From: Pirellulales bacterium | Lineage (GTDB): Bacteria > Planctomycetota > Planctomycetia > Pirellulales > PALSA-1355 | Length of the DNA stretch: 64,000 nucleotides | Direction: 5' to 3' | NCBI GenBank assembly: GCA_963733035.1 | Contig: CAVTBU010000005.1 | Coordinates: 2,624,001-2,688,000 of the forward strand | Shown here: piece by piece, positions 1-11,668 of the stretch | Numbering within the stretch: position 1 is the first letter of the stretch | How the letters are laid out: the number at the start of each line of letters is the position of its first letter | The notes under the pieces: generated by a model | What the model saw: the letters and a program-made list of their open reading frames with translations, nothing else | Databases searched by the model: none | What the model was told of the DNA's origin: nothing | Made by a program: the position numbers and the translations under genes

Positions 1-296
1 ACCAGGAGATTCTCGGCGACATGCACAATTTGTTCGGCGACACCAATGCGGTCCACGTCAGTATGGACGACAGTGGCCAGGTGGTGCTCGAAACGGTCAT
101 CAAGGGCGACACGGTCCGAGAGGTGCTCGACTACGTGGAGTTCAACGTCGAAGGTCTGCGGGCTCAATTCCGCGCCGCCGTCGAACTGGCGGTGCGCGAG
201 TCGCGCATCGGCTACGAAGAGGCCGGCCGCTTTCTCCGGTTCTACGAAGGTGGTCTCGAAGGATACACATACCTCGAAGAACCGCACGAGCATTAG
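1..296 (+). CDS. speA: Biosynthetic arginine decarboxylase, C-terminal part (runs off the 5' edge)
   Basis: QEILGDMHNLFGDTNAVHV...GLEGYTYLE matches the conserved SpeA C-terminus. Confidence 0.9.
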   Translation, partial: QEILGDMHNLFGDTNAVHVSMDDSGQVVLETVIKGDTVREVLDYVEFNVEGLRAQFRAAVELAVRESRIGYEEAGRFLRFYEGGLEGYTYLEEPHEH

Positions 297-443
297 CCGC
301 GGCGGAATTCAAAGAGCGGAAGGATGGGACAACTCTTTCGCCGCCGAGCAACTGCTCCACGACGTCCAGCGCACAGCCAGCAGGACTTGCGATCCGCTTG
401 TCCGAGTTTCCGCCCTCATCCTTCTGATTTCAGACTTCCCCCA

Positions 444-1068
444 ATGCCTCTTCGCGGCGTGATTTTTGATCTCGATGGCACGTTGGTCGACTCGGCATTG
501 GACTTCGACCTGATGCGGCGCGAAATGGGGTTGCCCTCGGGTCGACCCATTCTCGAGAGCACTCGAGTCGCTGCCGGCCGCCGAGGCCGAGCAAATGTGG
601 GACATCGTCGCCACGCATGAGCTTCGCGGCGTCCAGCGGGCAACCATCTTCCCGGGCACGCGCGAGTTTCTCGACGAACTTGGCCAGCGCGGTATCAAAC
701 GCGGTGTGCTGACCCGCAATAGTCGCGCTTCGACGCTAGCAACGCTTTCACGTCTGCAGATCGAAATTGATGCAATCGTGTCGCGAGAAGACGGGCCGGT
801 GAAGCCCTCTCCGGCCGGAATCTTGCGGATTTGCCGGAACTGGGCCGTTTCACCTCGGCAATGTGTCATGATCGGGGACTACCGTTTCGATATCGAAGCG
901 GGCCGCGGCGCTGGCGCCCGGACGGTGTTGTTCACCGGGGCCGGCAGACCCCACGACATGATCGCGGGCGACGACGCCGATCTTGTGCTGCCGAGTTTTG
1001 TCGAGCGCGCCCGATTCTGGGATTGGGTCGCGCAAATCGACCTAGGGGGTTCTGCGGGTTGTTGCTAA
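444..1068 (+). CDS. HAD-superfamily hydrolase, frameshifted near ~560
   Basis: Motif I FDLDGTLVDS in one frame; LTRN, KPSP and MIGD motifs in ORF 595..1068. Confidence 0.85.
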
Positions 1069-1150
1069 TATCCGCCCGCCGATGGCCGGACAGACTGAAA
1101 GTTCGCGCCTTTACTCGCCGCGGATCCCCCCAGTATTCGATGTGATTGCC

Positions 1151-2212
1151 ATGCACTCGACACTGAGCTATCTCGTATCGTCGCTTGTCTTTGCATATTC
1201 GATCTCGGCGGTCGCGCCGGCGTTTGCGCAAGCCTATTTGGGCCCGCGCCGCACGCCTTCGAACTCGCAAGCCCCTCGGCAATCAACGGCCACCGCGCCG
1301 GCTCGCCCCGCGCAGCGTGCGGGGCAATATCCCGTTCGTCAGGCGGCAGCCACCGACGCGCCGCCCGCGGCTCGCACGCAGCCTCAACCCGGCGGCGCAG
1401 CAATTGCCGTCGCGCCGCAAGCGCCATTCACGCTCACGCCGGCGGAACAAGCCCTGCTCGACCAGATCCTGGCGAAGTGGGAGCAACAGAGCAACCGAAT
1501 CGGTACATTTACCTGCACTTTCGGCCGCTGGGAAGTCAACAAAGTTTTTGGCCCAGCCGCGCACAACTATGTGCTTAGCGAGGCCAAAGGCGAGATCAAA
1601 TTCAAGTCGCCCGATCACGGCGTCTACGTAGTCAACGAGCAGACCGAATGGGACAAAGCCAAGAATGCTTACGTCTCCCGAACCACGGGGCTCGATCACT
1701 GGGTCTGCGACGGCGAATCGATCTTTGAATACGATCACGCGAAGAAGCAGCTCATCGAACGGGAGCTCGCGCCCGAAATGCGGGGCAAGGCGATCACCGA
1801 TGGCCCGTTGCCGTTCGTGTTCGGAACAAAGGCCGACCAACTCAAGCGCCGCTATTGGATGAAGGACATCACGCCAGCGGATCAAGTAAACAAGGAAATC
1901 TGGCTCGAAGCCTGGCCCCAATTCCAGCGCGACGCCGCCAATTTCCACCACGCGATTATCATCCTGAACCAGAAGGACTTCATGCCCTCGGCTCTGCGGA
2001 TCGTACTGCCCGATGGCAAGAACACGCAGGACTACAAATTTGAAGGGACGCAGGTCAACAATCCGTTGGCCACATTGACCGGTGCGTTCTTCGCCCCGCG
2101 GACGCCCTTCGGCTGGACGAAGGTCGTCATTCCCGCCGGCGGCCAGCAGGTTCCGCCGCCGGGCGACGCGCCGCAAGCGCAGCAGCCCCGCGGGGGCGTT
2201 CAACGTCAGTAA
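1151..2212 (+). CDS. Secreted planctomycete TIGR03009-type (LolA-like) protein
   Basis: Signal peptide, Pro/Ala linker, LDQILAKWEQ, HWVCDGESIFEYD, DGPLPFVFG..A..LKRRY; start codon uncertain (1082 or 1151). Confidence 0.7.
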   Translation: MHSTLSYLVSSLVFAYSISAVAPAFAQAYLGPRRTPSNSQAPRQSTATAPARPAQRAGQYPVRQAAATDAPPAARTQPQPGGAAIAVAPQAPFTLTPAEQALLDQILAKWEQQSNRIGTFTCTFGRWEVNKVFGPAAHNYVLSEAKGEIKFKSPDHGVYVVNEQTEWDKAKNAYVSRTTGLDHWVCDGESIFEYDHAKKQLIERELAPEMRGKAITDGPLPFVFGTKADQLKRRYWMKDITPADQVNKEIWLEAWPQFQRDAANFHHAIIILNQKDFMPSALRIVLPDGKNTQDYKFEGTQVNNPLATLTGAFFAPRTPFGWTKVVIPAGGQQVPPPGDAPQAQQPRGGVQRQ

Positions 2213-2385
2213 TCCTTCCGGCCGACACATTCCGGCAGCGGGCTTTTGGCTGCGCGCCCAGTCCATCGCCTGGCCTTGTCTCGAATTTGACTCTACCTAC
2301 CCCCGCGCTATAATCTCTGGTGCCCTTAGGGAAATCTATCGACTCGGCATTTGCGCTGGCCGATGTCATTGCCAGCGAAGCAGTT

Positions 2386-4620
2386 ATGATGCCTGCCAGC
2401 GCGATTCGTCGTGAGCCGTTGCGGCGCCGTTCGCGCCGCGTTGGTGGCGTGTTCGCCTGCTTGGCGGCACTGCTGTTAATGGCCGCTGACGAGGCCCCTC
2501 AATCAGACATCAGCGACGCTCAAAAGCCAGCCCCTGCCGTCAAAGCCGGTCGGTTGATCCGCGTGCCACTGCCCCTGATTGGCAACGCCGACACACAGGT
2601 GATCGCGGCCGCGCGGAAGGCGATCGCGGACCTGCCGTCCGCTGGCGAGCGGCCCGTTCTCGTGCTGGAGTTTTCTTCGTCTGACAATCAAACGGGTCAG
2701 GGAAGCGACTTCGAACGCTCGCTCAAGCTCGCCCGATTTCTCTCGAGCGGCGAAGCCAGCACGGTGGAAACCGTGGCCTATATCCCCAAGGCACTCAAGG
2801 GGCACGCCGTGCTCGCGGCAATGGCCTGCGAAGCGATCATCATGGGGCCCGACGCCGTGCTGGGTGAAGCGGGGCTCGATGAGCCGGCCGAGCAGTTGAC
2901 CGATCCGACGATACGCAGTGGCTATCGAGAGATCGCCAACCGTCGCCGCACGATCCCCGCGGAAGTCGCCCTGGCGATGCTCGACAAGAACGTCGAGCTC
3001 CTCAAGGTCGAAACCGAAGTCAGCCCCGAGTTCGTGCTCAAGAGCGATCTTCCGGAACTAAAGAAAAAGCACTCGATTCATTCGCAGCAAGTGTTGAGCC
3101 CGCCCGGAGAGTTCGCGCTGTTTACCGGCAGCGAAGCCCGTAGCGAAGGGTTCGCCAAGTATCTTGCCGACAACCGCGCGGCGCTCGCCCGCGCGCTGTC
3201 GATACCGGCCAAGGACTTGGAAGACGATCCATCGCTGTGGGGAGCGTGGCGGCCCGTCGTCGTGGCGCTCGAAGGACCGATCACCAACTCCGTCGTCTCG
3301 CGCGTGCAGCGCACCATCGAGGACCAAACCCGCGATCACGGCGTCAATTTTATCGTCCTCAAAATCGAGAGCCCCGGCGGTCCGTTGGCCGACAGTTTGA
3401 ACCTGGCGAGTTTTCTCGCCGAGCAGGATCCAGCTCGGGTAAGAATCGTGGCCTACGTTCCGGTGCAGGCGCTTGCCAGCGCCGGCCTGGTGGCGATGGC
3501 GGCCGACCAGCTTGTCATGAACCACCGCGCGGTGCTGGGCGGCAGCGGTGAAACGGATTTCGCAAAAGAAGACCTGGAACTCGCGCGACAGACGCTCGAA
3601 GAAAGCCTGGCGCCGCGAAAACAGCGATCCTGGTCACTGATGGCGGCGCTCGTTGATCCGCAATTACGCGTCTATGAATACACGCATCGTCAAAACGGAA
3701 CGGTCGCATACTTTTCAGCCGAAGAGTTGGCCGAACAAGAAAACCCCGACGATTGGTCGCAAGGCCAGGAGATTACGCATGCGGGCGAACCGCTCCGAGT
3801 AACTGGCGACCGCGCGGCCGCGCTCGGTATGGCCCGGTATGCCGTCCAGGACTTCACGGACCTCAAACAGCAATACGGACTCGAAGGGGATATTGAACTG
3901 GCCGAGCCGGGTTGGGCCGACTACCTGATCGAGGCCTTGGCGGCGCCGGCCGTAGCCTGGCTGCTGCTACTGATCGGCGGGGCAGCCCTCTATGCGGAAA
4001 TCCAATCGCCCGGAATCGGCATCGGTGCATTCATCGCCGGCATCTGCTTCTTGCTGTACTTTTGGAGCAAGCATCTCGACGGAACCGCCGGTTGGCTGGA
4101 GGTCGTGCTCTTCACGGCCGGCGTCTGCTGCATTCTGCTCGAGTTGTTCGTACTTCCGGGTACGACCATCTTTGGGCTGGGGGGCGGGCTGTTGGTGATC
4201 GTCTCGTTGATCCTGGCAAGCCAGACGTTCGTGCTACCACACAACGAATATCAAATGACCCAACTGCGCGACTCGCTGATGAGCCTGCTGGGCGTCGGAG
4301 TCGGCATCGGCATCTTGGCAATGCTCATGCATCGCTATCTGCCGCACGCGCCGCTGTTTAATAACATGATGCTGGAACCACCCAGCGGCGCGGAACTGGA
4401 AGACCTGGCGCACCGCGAGTCGATTGTCGACTTCGAGTATCTGCTGGGGCTGCACGGTACCGCCGCCACACAGCTAACTCCTTCCGGCAAAGCCCGTTTC
4501 GAGGGCAAGCTGATCGACGTCATCGCCGACGGCGAAGTCATCGCCCGGGGGCAACCGGTCGTGGTGACCGAAGTGCACGGCAACCGGGTGGTTGTCCGCT
4601 CGGCTCCCCAAACTGCCTAG
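2386..4620 (+). CDS. nfeD: Long NfeD-family membrane protein (two ClpP/crotonase-like domains, TM bundle, C-terminal OB fold)
   Basis: IESPGG motif, hydrophobic core EIQSPGIGIG / LELFVLPG, C-terminal LTPSGKARF...V.EVHGNRVVV. Confidence 0.85.
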   Translation: MMPASAIRREPLRRRSRRVGGVFACLAALLLMAADEAPQSDISDAQKPAPAVKAGRLIRVPLPLIGNADTQVIAAARKAIADLPSAGERPVLVLEFSSSDNQTGQGSDFERSLKLARFLSSGEASTVETVAYIPKALKGHAVLAAMACEAIIMGPDAVLGEAGLDEPAEQLTDPTIRSGYREIANRRRTIPAEVALAMLDKNVELLKVETEVSPEFVLKSDLPELKKKHSIHSQQVLSPPGEFALFTGSEARSEGFAKYLADNRAALARALSIPAKDLEDDPSLWGAWRPVVVALEGPITNSVVSRVQRTIEDQTRDHGVNFIVLKIESPGGPLADSLNLASFLAEQDPARVRIVAYVPVQALASAGLVAMAADQLVMNHRAVLGGSGETDFAKEDLELARQTLEESLAPRKQRSWSLMAALVDPQLRVYEYTHRQNGTVAYFSAEELAEQENPDDWSQGQEITHAGEPLRVTGDRAAALGMARYAVQDFTDLKQQYGLEGDIELAEPGWADYLIEALAAPAVAWLLLLIGGAALYAEIQSPGIGIGAFIAGICFLLYFWSKHLDGTAGWLEVVLFTAGVCCILLELFVLPGTTIFGLGGGLLVIVSLILASQTFVLPHNEYQMTQLRDSLMSLLGVGVGIGILAMLMHRYLPHAPLFNNMMLEPPSGAELEDLAHRESIVDFEYLLGLHGTAATQLTPSGKARFEGKLIDVIADGEVIARGQPVVVTEVHGNRVVVRSAPQTA

Positions 4621-4881
4621 CGGGCGGTTGAAGAATTCGACGCGCCTGCGTCATCGCATGGATGCGATGCCAAAATAGCGACCTAAGTCGTTATTTTGCG
4701 AGCCGTGCGGAGCTTTGCTTCGCACTTGGCGAGGTTGAAAAATGCCCACGACGGCATTTTTCAACCGGCTGCTGGTTCACGGCCGAAATTGCGGTCGACT
4801 GGTCGCCTTGCGTGGTAAAATGCACTAAGCTCGATGTGTTCCTCGCGAGCATCCCGTTGACCCCGGGCGTGTGCACAAAAA

Positions 4882-5460
4882 ATGGATCCGATCATCTGGT
4901 CCGTGCTGCTGTTGCTCTTGGGCTTGGTTCTGGTTTGCGCCGAGATCTTCATTCCCTCGGGCGGCATCCTGGGCTTTCTGTCGATTGCTTCGCTGATGGC
5001 CGGAATTGCCCTGGCTTTCTATCACCGGGGCACCGAGGTCGGGCTGTTGTTCTTGATCGCCACGGCGCTGGCAGTTCCGGGTGCCTTGGCACTTGCATTT
5101 CGCTACTGGCCGCAGACGCCGATGGGACGCCGCCTCTTGCTCGACGTGCCGAGCGGCCAGGAAGTGCTCCCCGACTCGCCGCAGCGACAGCGACTGAAGC
5201 AGCTCGTCGGCAAGTTCGGCGTGGCGAAGAGCCTGATGATGCCGAGCGGCGCCGTGGTTGTCGACGGCAATACGATCGATGCCATGAGCGAAGGCATCCC
5301 GATCGAGGCCGGACAAACGATCGAAGTGATCGAAGTTCACGGCACGCGTGTGCTCGTTCGCCCCGTCGACGAGAAATCTCGGTCGATTGCTTCGGATGAC
5401 GTGCTCTCACGGCCCATCGAATCGCTCGGCCTCGACTCAATGGAAGATCCTTTGTCTTGA
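4882..5460 (+). CDS. Short NfeD-family protein
   Basis: AEIFIPSGGILG TM region plus OB fold (MPSGAV..DG..IDA.SEG). Confidence 0.85.
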   Translation: MDPIIWSVLLLLLGLVLVCAEIFIPSGGILGFLSIASLMAGIALAFYHRGTEVGLLFLIATALAVPGALALAFRYWPQTPMGRRLLLDVPSGQEVLPDSPQRQRLKQLVGKFGVAKSLMMPSGAVVVDGNTIDAMSEGIPIEAGQTIEVIEVHGTRVLVRPVDEKSRSIASDDVLSRPIESLGLDSMEDPLS

Positions 5461-5541
5461 CACTCGGGTCTGCTGATCCAGACAATGGGGGGGCCGGGTG
5501 CCGTTTGCCCGGTTTTCGACCGCGCTAATCAGGAGTCCAAG

Positions 5542-6580
5542 ATGTTCGAGCTACTGGCTCAAGGGGCTAACGCCAGCACGGTGTTTGTGGTGGTCCTGAT
5601 CGGCGCAGGTGTCATTGCGCTGCTCATTTTCTTCGCCGTCTTTGCCCGCTATTTTCGGCTCTGGATCCAATCGGTCACGACCGGCGCGGATCGGCATTTT
5701 CGACTTGCTGGGAATGACGTTTCGCAAGGTGAACCCCACGGTCATCGTGCGCAGCAAGATCATGGCCGTGCAAGCTGGCCTGACCGACGAAACGGGCATC
5801 ACCAGCAAAACGCTGGAAGCCCACTACCTGGCCGGCGGCAACGTGCCGCTGGTGATTCGCTCGATCATCGCCGCCAAGAAAGCCAAAACGATCGATTTGG
5901 ATTTCAAGCTCGCCACGGCAATCGACCTGGCCGGCCGCAACGTGCTGGAAGCCGTGCAGACGAGCGTCTATCCCAAAGTGATCGACTGTCCGGCACGCGG
6001 CGCAGCGCGCGAATCGCTCGACGCGGTCGCCAAGAACGGCATCCAACTCAAAGTCAAAGCCCGCGTCACTGTGCGAGCCAACCTGAATCAGCTGATTGGC
6101 GGGGCGACCGAGGAAACCATTATCGCGCGCGTGGGCGAGGGAATCGTCAGCGCAATCGGCTCTTCCGATTCGCATACCGAGGTCTTGGAAAATCCGGACC
6201 GCATTTCCAAGGCCGTGCTGGGCCGCCGGCTCGATTCGCAGACGGCATTCGAGATCGTTTCGATCGACATCGCCGATATCGACGTCGGCGAGAATATCGG
6301 CGCCCGGCTGCAGGCCGACCAGGCCGAAGCGGATACCCGAGTTGCCCGAGCCCAGGCGGAGAACCGTCGCGCGATGGCCGTGGCCCAAGAGCAGGAAATG
6401 ATTGCCAAGATGGAGGAAAGCCGCGCGAAGGTGGTCGAGGCGGAGGCCGAAGTACCCAAGGCCATCTCCAAGGCCTTCCGCGACGGACACCTGGGCGTCA
6501 TGGACTACTACAAGCTTCGCAACGTGCAGGCCGACACCGACATGCGCAAGAGCATCGCCGGCGCCCCGGTCTCCAAATAG
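5542..6580 (+). CDS. floA: Flotillin-like protein FloA (YqfA family), frameshifted near ~5686
   Basis: [66 protein letters not shown] before ATG 5542. Confidence 0.92.
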
Positions 6581-6592
6581 GGGTAACCCAAC

Positions 6593-7309
6593 ATGCACGG
6601 CGTGCCCATCCTGGCGGCATTTGATCTTTGGGAATGGCTGGTTCCGATCGTCGTGATCGCCGTCTACGTGATCAGTCACCTTTGGAACTCGATCCAAGGT
6701 CCACAACCCCAACACAAGCGGCCAAACCAACAGCGCCGGCCGCGCGGACCGCAAGGCGAACGACCACTGCCAGCGGCCCCCGGCCAGCAACGCCCACCCG
6801 AGCCGGTCGTTCAGGGGGAACTCAACGCCGAAATCGAGCAGTTCCTCAAGCGCGCCAACGAGCGTCGCGCCGAAAAACAGCGCCGTGCCGCCGAGCGCCG
6901 GCAACCGCAGACGCCGGCCCGGCCCGAGCGCCGGCACGTTGTCGAAACGCCCATCGACGCTGAACCGAGTGATCGCCACGAGTATGAATCGGTCGCCGCT
7001 TCGGTACAGCAGCACTTCGGTAGTCGCACGTTCGAAGAGCGCGAAGAACACCTGGCCGATGACATTGCCCGCGCCGACCAGGAAATGGAGCAGCATGTAA
7101 GCGACGCGTTTCGACATCGGCTGGGTTCGCTGCAAAGCGACTCGCTTGCCGACGAACAGGCCAGCAAGTCCGACGATCGGAAGACAACCCCGGACGCAAA
7201 CCGTGCCGCCGCGGCGCGTGCCGTGGCCGGACTCTTAGTCAATCAGCAAAGCCTCCGGCAGGCGGTTCTGCTGAAAGAAATCCTGGAGCGGCCCGTCGAT
7301 CGCTGGTAA
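6593..7309 (+). CDS. YqfB-like hypothetical protein
   Basis: N-terminal TM segment, low-complexity middle, C-terminal LRQAVLLKEILERP; directly after floA. Confidence 0.65.
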   Translation: MHGVPILAAFDLWEWLVPIVVIAVYVISHLWNSIQGPQPQHKRPNQQRRPRGPQGERPLPAAPGQQRPPEPVVQGELNAEIEQFLKRANERRAEKQRRAAERRQPQTPARPERRHVVETPIDAEPSDRHEYESVAASVQQHFGSRTFEEREEHLADDIARADQEMEQHVSDAFRHRLGSLQSDSLADEQASKSDDRKTTPDANRAAAARAVAGLLVNQQSLRQAVLLKEILERPVDRW

Positions 7310-7378
7310 AATGCCGAGCCCGTGGGCGTCGGACGGCGACGCCAGATTCTTCTGAACTCTCGGCAGAAAGCGATCGAA

Positions 7379-8296
7379 ATGGCAATCAAGAAAATCGTTC
7401 CCGGTGAAACGCGCATCGGTTGGATCGGCACCGGAGTGATGGGTGCCAGCATGTGTGGCCACCTGCTCGATGCCGGCTTCTCGGCCACGATTTTCAATCG
7501 CACCAAAAAGAAGGCCCAATCCCTGCTCGACAAAGGCGCCCAGTGGGCCGATACGCCCCGTGCCGTGGCCGCCGCTTCGGACGTCGTGTTCAGCATTGTT
7601 GGTTTTCCGGCCGACGTACGGAGTGTGCTGCTGGGTAACGACGGTGCGCTTGAGGGGAGCAAGGCCGGAGATATCCTGGTCGACATGACAACCAGCGAAC
7701 CGTCACTGGCCGTCGAAATCGCCCAACAGGCCAAGCAGAAACAAGTCCACAGCGTCGACGCACCCGTGTCGGGCGGCGATGTGGGGGCTCGCGAGGCGCG
7801 GCTTTCGATCATGATCGGCGGTGAGAAGGAAGTCGTCGACGCCCTGGAACCGTGTTGGCAGGCGATGGGCAAGACGATTGTCCACCAGGGGCCCGCTGGC
7901 GCCGGGCAACATACCAAAATGGTCAATCAAACGCTGGTGGCCGCCGGCATGGTGGGCGTCTGCGAAGCCCTGCTGTATGGCTATAAGGCGGGGCTCGACT
8001 TGAATGTGGTGCTCGAATCCGTCGCTTCCGGGGCCGCCGGAAGTTGGTCGCTCTCGAATCTGGGACCGCGCATCATCAAAGGAAACTTCGAACCCGGCTT
8101 CATGGTCGAACACTTCATCAAAGACATGGGCATCATCCTCTCGGAAGCCAAGCGGATGAAGATTTCGATGCCGGGGCTCGCCCTGGCGCACCAACTCTAC
8201 GTGGCTCTCTCGGCGCAAGGACACGGCCACGACGGCACGCACGCGCTGGAATTGGCGCTGGCGAGCATGTCCGGAATCGACTGGCAGAACCGCTAG
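7379..8296 (+). CDS. NAD(P)-dependent beta-hydroxyacid dehydrogenase (3-hydroxyisobutyrate/tartronate semialdehyde reductase family)
   Basis: [37 protein letters not shown]. Confidence 0.9.
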   Translation: MAIKKIVPGETRIGWIGTGVMGASMCGHLLDAGFSATIFNRTKKKAQSLLDKGAQWADTPRAVAAASDVVFSIVGFPADVRSVLLGNDGALEGSKAGDILVDMTTSEPSLAVEIAQQAKQKQVHSVDAPVSGGDVGAREARLSIMIGGEKEVVDALEPCWQAMGKTIVHQGPAGAGQHTKMVNQTLVAAGMVGVCEALLYGYKAGLDLNVVLESVASGAAGSWSLSNLGPRIIKGNFEPGFMVEHFIKDMGIILSEAKRMKISMPGLALAHQLYVALSAQGHGHDGTHALELALASMSGIDWQNR

Positions 8297-8464
8297 GATC
8301 GGCAAACTCGGCCCCGCGTTTCACGCAAAAAACGCCGCCGGCTGTCGCCACGGGGGCCGGCTCACGTACGGCGCAGTAGAGTTTCGATGCTCGCCGGCGC
8401 GTGCGTTTCCTTCCTCAGCGTCCGCTCTCGACCCACCGCGGACAAACCATCAGGGACGATTGCC

Positions 8465-8893
8465 ATGTTTGCCCAACCTCTGGAGTTGGAGTCGGCCAAA
8501 CAGACTTTGGCGCGACACAACATTCTGATTGTCGACGACGATGAGACGATTTCCGAGCCGTTGCGATTGCGACTCGAACGGCAAGGTTTTGGCGCCCAGG
8601 TTGCCAGTTCGGGCCGCGAGGCCTTTCAACTGGCCCGCCGCGGCCGCCCCGATCTGATCACGCTCGATTTGGGTCTGCCGGACGTCGATGGCTTTGAACT
8701 TTGCCAACAGCTGGTCGACGATGAGGATACCTGTGAGATCCCAGTGATCGTCGTCAGTGGCATGGACCGACCGGACATCATTCGACGTTCGCGGGCGGCC
8801 GGCTGCCATTTCTACGTTCGCAAACCGTACGATCCCAATGCCCTGCTGACGTTGATCCGCCGGGCAATCGACGAGAGCCGCGGCGACGAATAA
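8465..8893 (+). CDS. Single-domain response regulator
   Basis: ILIVDDD, DLITLDLGLPDVDG, KPY. Confidence 0.9.
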   Translation: MFAQPLELESAKQTLARHNILIVDDDETISEPLRLRLERQGFGAQVASSGREAFQLARRGRPDLITLDLGLPDVDGFELCQQLVDDEDTCEIPVIVVSGMDRPDIIRRSRAAGCHFYVRKPYDPNALLTLIRRAIDESRGDE

Positions 8894-8945
8894 CAGCCCA
8901 GCGAGTGCGTTGCCGAAGGACCTCGCAGCATTTTGCGATGGACGG

Positions 8946-9728
8946 CTACAAGCTCTGCAGGTACTTCACCGCCTCGGCGATTTCGAACTGGGGATCATCG
9001 GAATTCTCGCGGGCAATCGTGATGAATCCGCGATAGCGATGATCCTCGAGCGCACCGAGCAGGGCCGCGTAGTCGGCCGAACCGCGTCCCAGCGGCACTT
9101 CCAATCCGCGACCGCGAGCCAGATCGCGTACGGCGTCACGCGCGTGCACGTGTATTACATGCGAAGCAAGAGATTCGATGGCTTCCTGCGGCGAGAACCC
9201 CTGGATGATCAGATTGCCAGGGTCAAAGTCGACGCCGATGCCGCGCTCCGGCAGGGCCGCGATCAAGCGGGCCAGATCAGCACCGCTTTCGGTGCCCGTT
9301 TGCGCGGCCAATAGCGCGCCAACGTGTTGACCATAGTTGCTCAGATCCGACAACGTCTGCACCAGCAGATTCCAAGTGCGACCGCTCGATTCGCTCGGAA
9401 CCGGTCCCACCTGATTGACAACCACCGAAGCACCCAGGTCGGCCGCGAACTTCATGGCCGCTTTGGTGGCGGCCACACGACGCTCAATCTCGTCGGGCAC
9501 GTCGTAGCCCCGACGGGTCTGAAACGAAACGGCCGACACCTGCAGTCCCTGATCGTCGAGCATGCGCCGCAGTTCGCGCAGCCCGGTCTGCGTGAGCTCC
9601 TGCGGTCGCAGTTCACCGCGGGCGTCGATTTCCACGCCCTGGGCCCCCATCCGCGCGGCCGCAACCAGCCCTTTCCGCATGGGCATCCGCAGACTCGCAA
9701 GCCGAATGGCGATTTTCAATGCAGGCAC
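8946..9728 (-). CDS. Sugar phosphate isomerase/epimerase (xylose-isomerase-like TIM barrel)
   Basis: FDPGNL, HVHARD, EVPLGRGSADY. Confidence 0.8.
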   Translation of the reverse strand: MPALKIAIRLASLRMPMRKGLVAAARMGAQGVEIDARGELRPQELTQTGLRELRRMLDDQGLQVSAVSFQTRRGYDVPDEIERRVAATKAAMKFAADLGASVVVNQVGPVPSESSGRTWNLLVQTLSDLSNYGQHVGALLAAQTGTESGADLARLIAALPERGIGVDFDPGNLIIQGFSPQEAIESLASHVIHVHARDAVRDLARGRGLEVPLGRGSADYAALLGALEDHRYRGFITIARENSDDPQFEIAEAVKYLQSL

Positions 9729-9979
9729 GGTGTTCGATTCTCCCGAGAACGCTTGGTTTGTGACCTGACAATTCGCGGACTTTACCGATTGTAGCGACCG
9801 CGAGCCGCCCGCACATGGGGCGGCCAGTTGTGGTCGTGCAATCCACCGGCGCGCGGTTCAAATTGCAATTACATTTGCTTTGTCGTGGGCGCTCGAAACA
9901 CGTAGAGTATGAGCAGCGGGCAAAGCATCCGGCACGCAATCCGTCCCGAATTTGACTCCCCTCGTCGGCGAACGCTCTC

Positions 9980-10767
9980 ATGCACAACGTTGCAGATATC
10001 GTCGAATTCCTCAACGTGTTCGCGCCCCTGCGCTGGCGGAGTCGTGGGACAACGTCGGCCTGCTCGTCGGCCGAAGTGAACAGCCGGTCCATCGGCTGAT
10101 GACCTGCCTGACCATTACACCCGATAGCGCCGCCGAAGCGATCGCCGAGCGGGCAGACTTGATCGTCACGCATCATCCGCTGCCGTTTCGCCCGCTTAAG
10201 CGCCTGACCGCTGAGACGAGCGAAGGCCGCTTATTGCTCGATTTGATCGCTGCGGGCATTGCGATCTTTAGTCCGCACACGGCGTTCGACTCGGCCCAAG
10301 CGGGGATCAACCAACGACTGGCAACCGGACTGAAACTCGCGAACATCGCCCCGCTGATTCCCGCGGCCGAGCCGGAGCAGGGTGGAGCCGGGCGCTACGG
10401 CATGCTGGCAGAACCCCTCGAGTTGCGCGAGCTCGCAATGCGCGTCAAGCAACTCCTGGAGATTGGAAATGTCCAGGCCGTTGGCCCACTCGATGCCGAG
10501 GTGCGCCGCGTGGCCGTGGCGTGCGGAAGTGCGGGCGAGTTTTTAGGACCCGCCCAGGCGGCTGGATGCGATTGTCTTGTGACGGGTGAAGTCCGCTTCC
10601 ACACCTGCCTGGAGGCCGAATCGCTAGGCGTTGGCCTCGTTTTGGCCGGTCATTTTGCCAGCGAGCGGTTCGCCGTCGAGGAGTTGGCAGACGTGCTGTC
10701 CGAGCGCTTCGTGGCCCTGACCATCTGGGCCAGTGAACACGAAAAGGACCCCCTGCATTGGCTTTAG
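9980..10767 (+). CDS. Nif3-like dinuclear metal-centre protein, frameshifted near ~10027
   Basis: MHNVADIVEFLNVFAP then LAESWDNVGLLVG, THHPLPF, HTAFD, GHFASER. Confidence 0.9.
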
Positions 10768-10920
10768 GCGTGACAATATCCGTCGACTTCACACGGCTTC
10801 CTCCGTTTGCCAGGTCTGGTAGGGCCGGAGCAGCCAGTCGCCTTTGGCGGACAATGGTCTACAATGATTCGTTCCGACCGACCGAATTCCGCATTCCCTG
10901 ACTCCCCGCGGAGGACCCGC

Positions 10921-11668
10921 ATGGCAACTCGTTTTCTTACGGCGCTGCCCGTTTACAACGAAGCGGCGCACGCCGGCGGCGTGCTCGACCAGGTGCTTCG
11001 CTACAGCCCCGAAGTCCTGGTCGTCGACGACGGTTCGACCGACGGCACGTCCGAGCTGCTGGCCGCGCGAAGCGACATTCGTTATGTTCGCCACGGCAAG
11101 AACCAGGGCTATGGTGCCGCCCTCCGTACCGCTTTCGAGTATTCTCTGAACGAAGGCTACGACGTGCTGGTCACGATCGATTGCGACGGCCAGCATGAGC
11201 CGCAGCGCATTCCGGAGTTTGTCGCCGCAAGCGAGCGGGCGCAAATCGTGTCGGGCAGCCGCTACCTGGAAGTCTTCGACGATCAAAGCATGCCCCCCGA
11301 GGATCGACGACGGATCAACATGCAGATCACCGCGGAACTGAATCAGCGGTTGGGGCTCAACCTGACCGACGCATTCTGCGGTTTCAAAGCCTACCGCTGC
11401 CGGGCGGCTCGCCGCGCTCGACATTGCCGAAACCGGCTACGCGATGCCGCTCGAAGTGTGGGTGCAGGCGTCTCGGGCCAAATTATCGATCGTGGAGCTG
11501 CCGGTGCCGCTCATTTATTTGGACGAAGAACGTTCGTTTGGCGGCTCGCTTGACGACGCGGCAACGCGATTGGATTACTACCACAAGATTTTGGATCGAG
11601 CGCTCGGGCGAACCGATGTCCGGCCGCCCCATGTGCGCAAGAGTTTGTGTCGAGGGATCTCTGGATGA
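10921..11668 (+). CDS. Glycosyltransferase family 2, frameshifted near ~11400
   Basis: LPVYNE, VVDDGSTDGT, NQGYGAAL, DCDGQH, DAFCGFKAY; C-terminus in ORF 11444..11668. Confidence 0.88.

Noticed and set aside
5675..7135. Long antisense ORFs (also 1283-2266, 27173-28579, 30959-32020, 41247-42509)
   Set aside because: Shadow ORFs opposite well-supported genes, expected in high-GC DNA.
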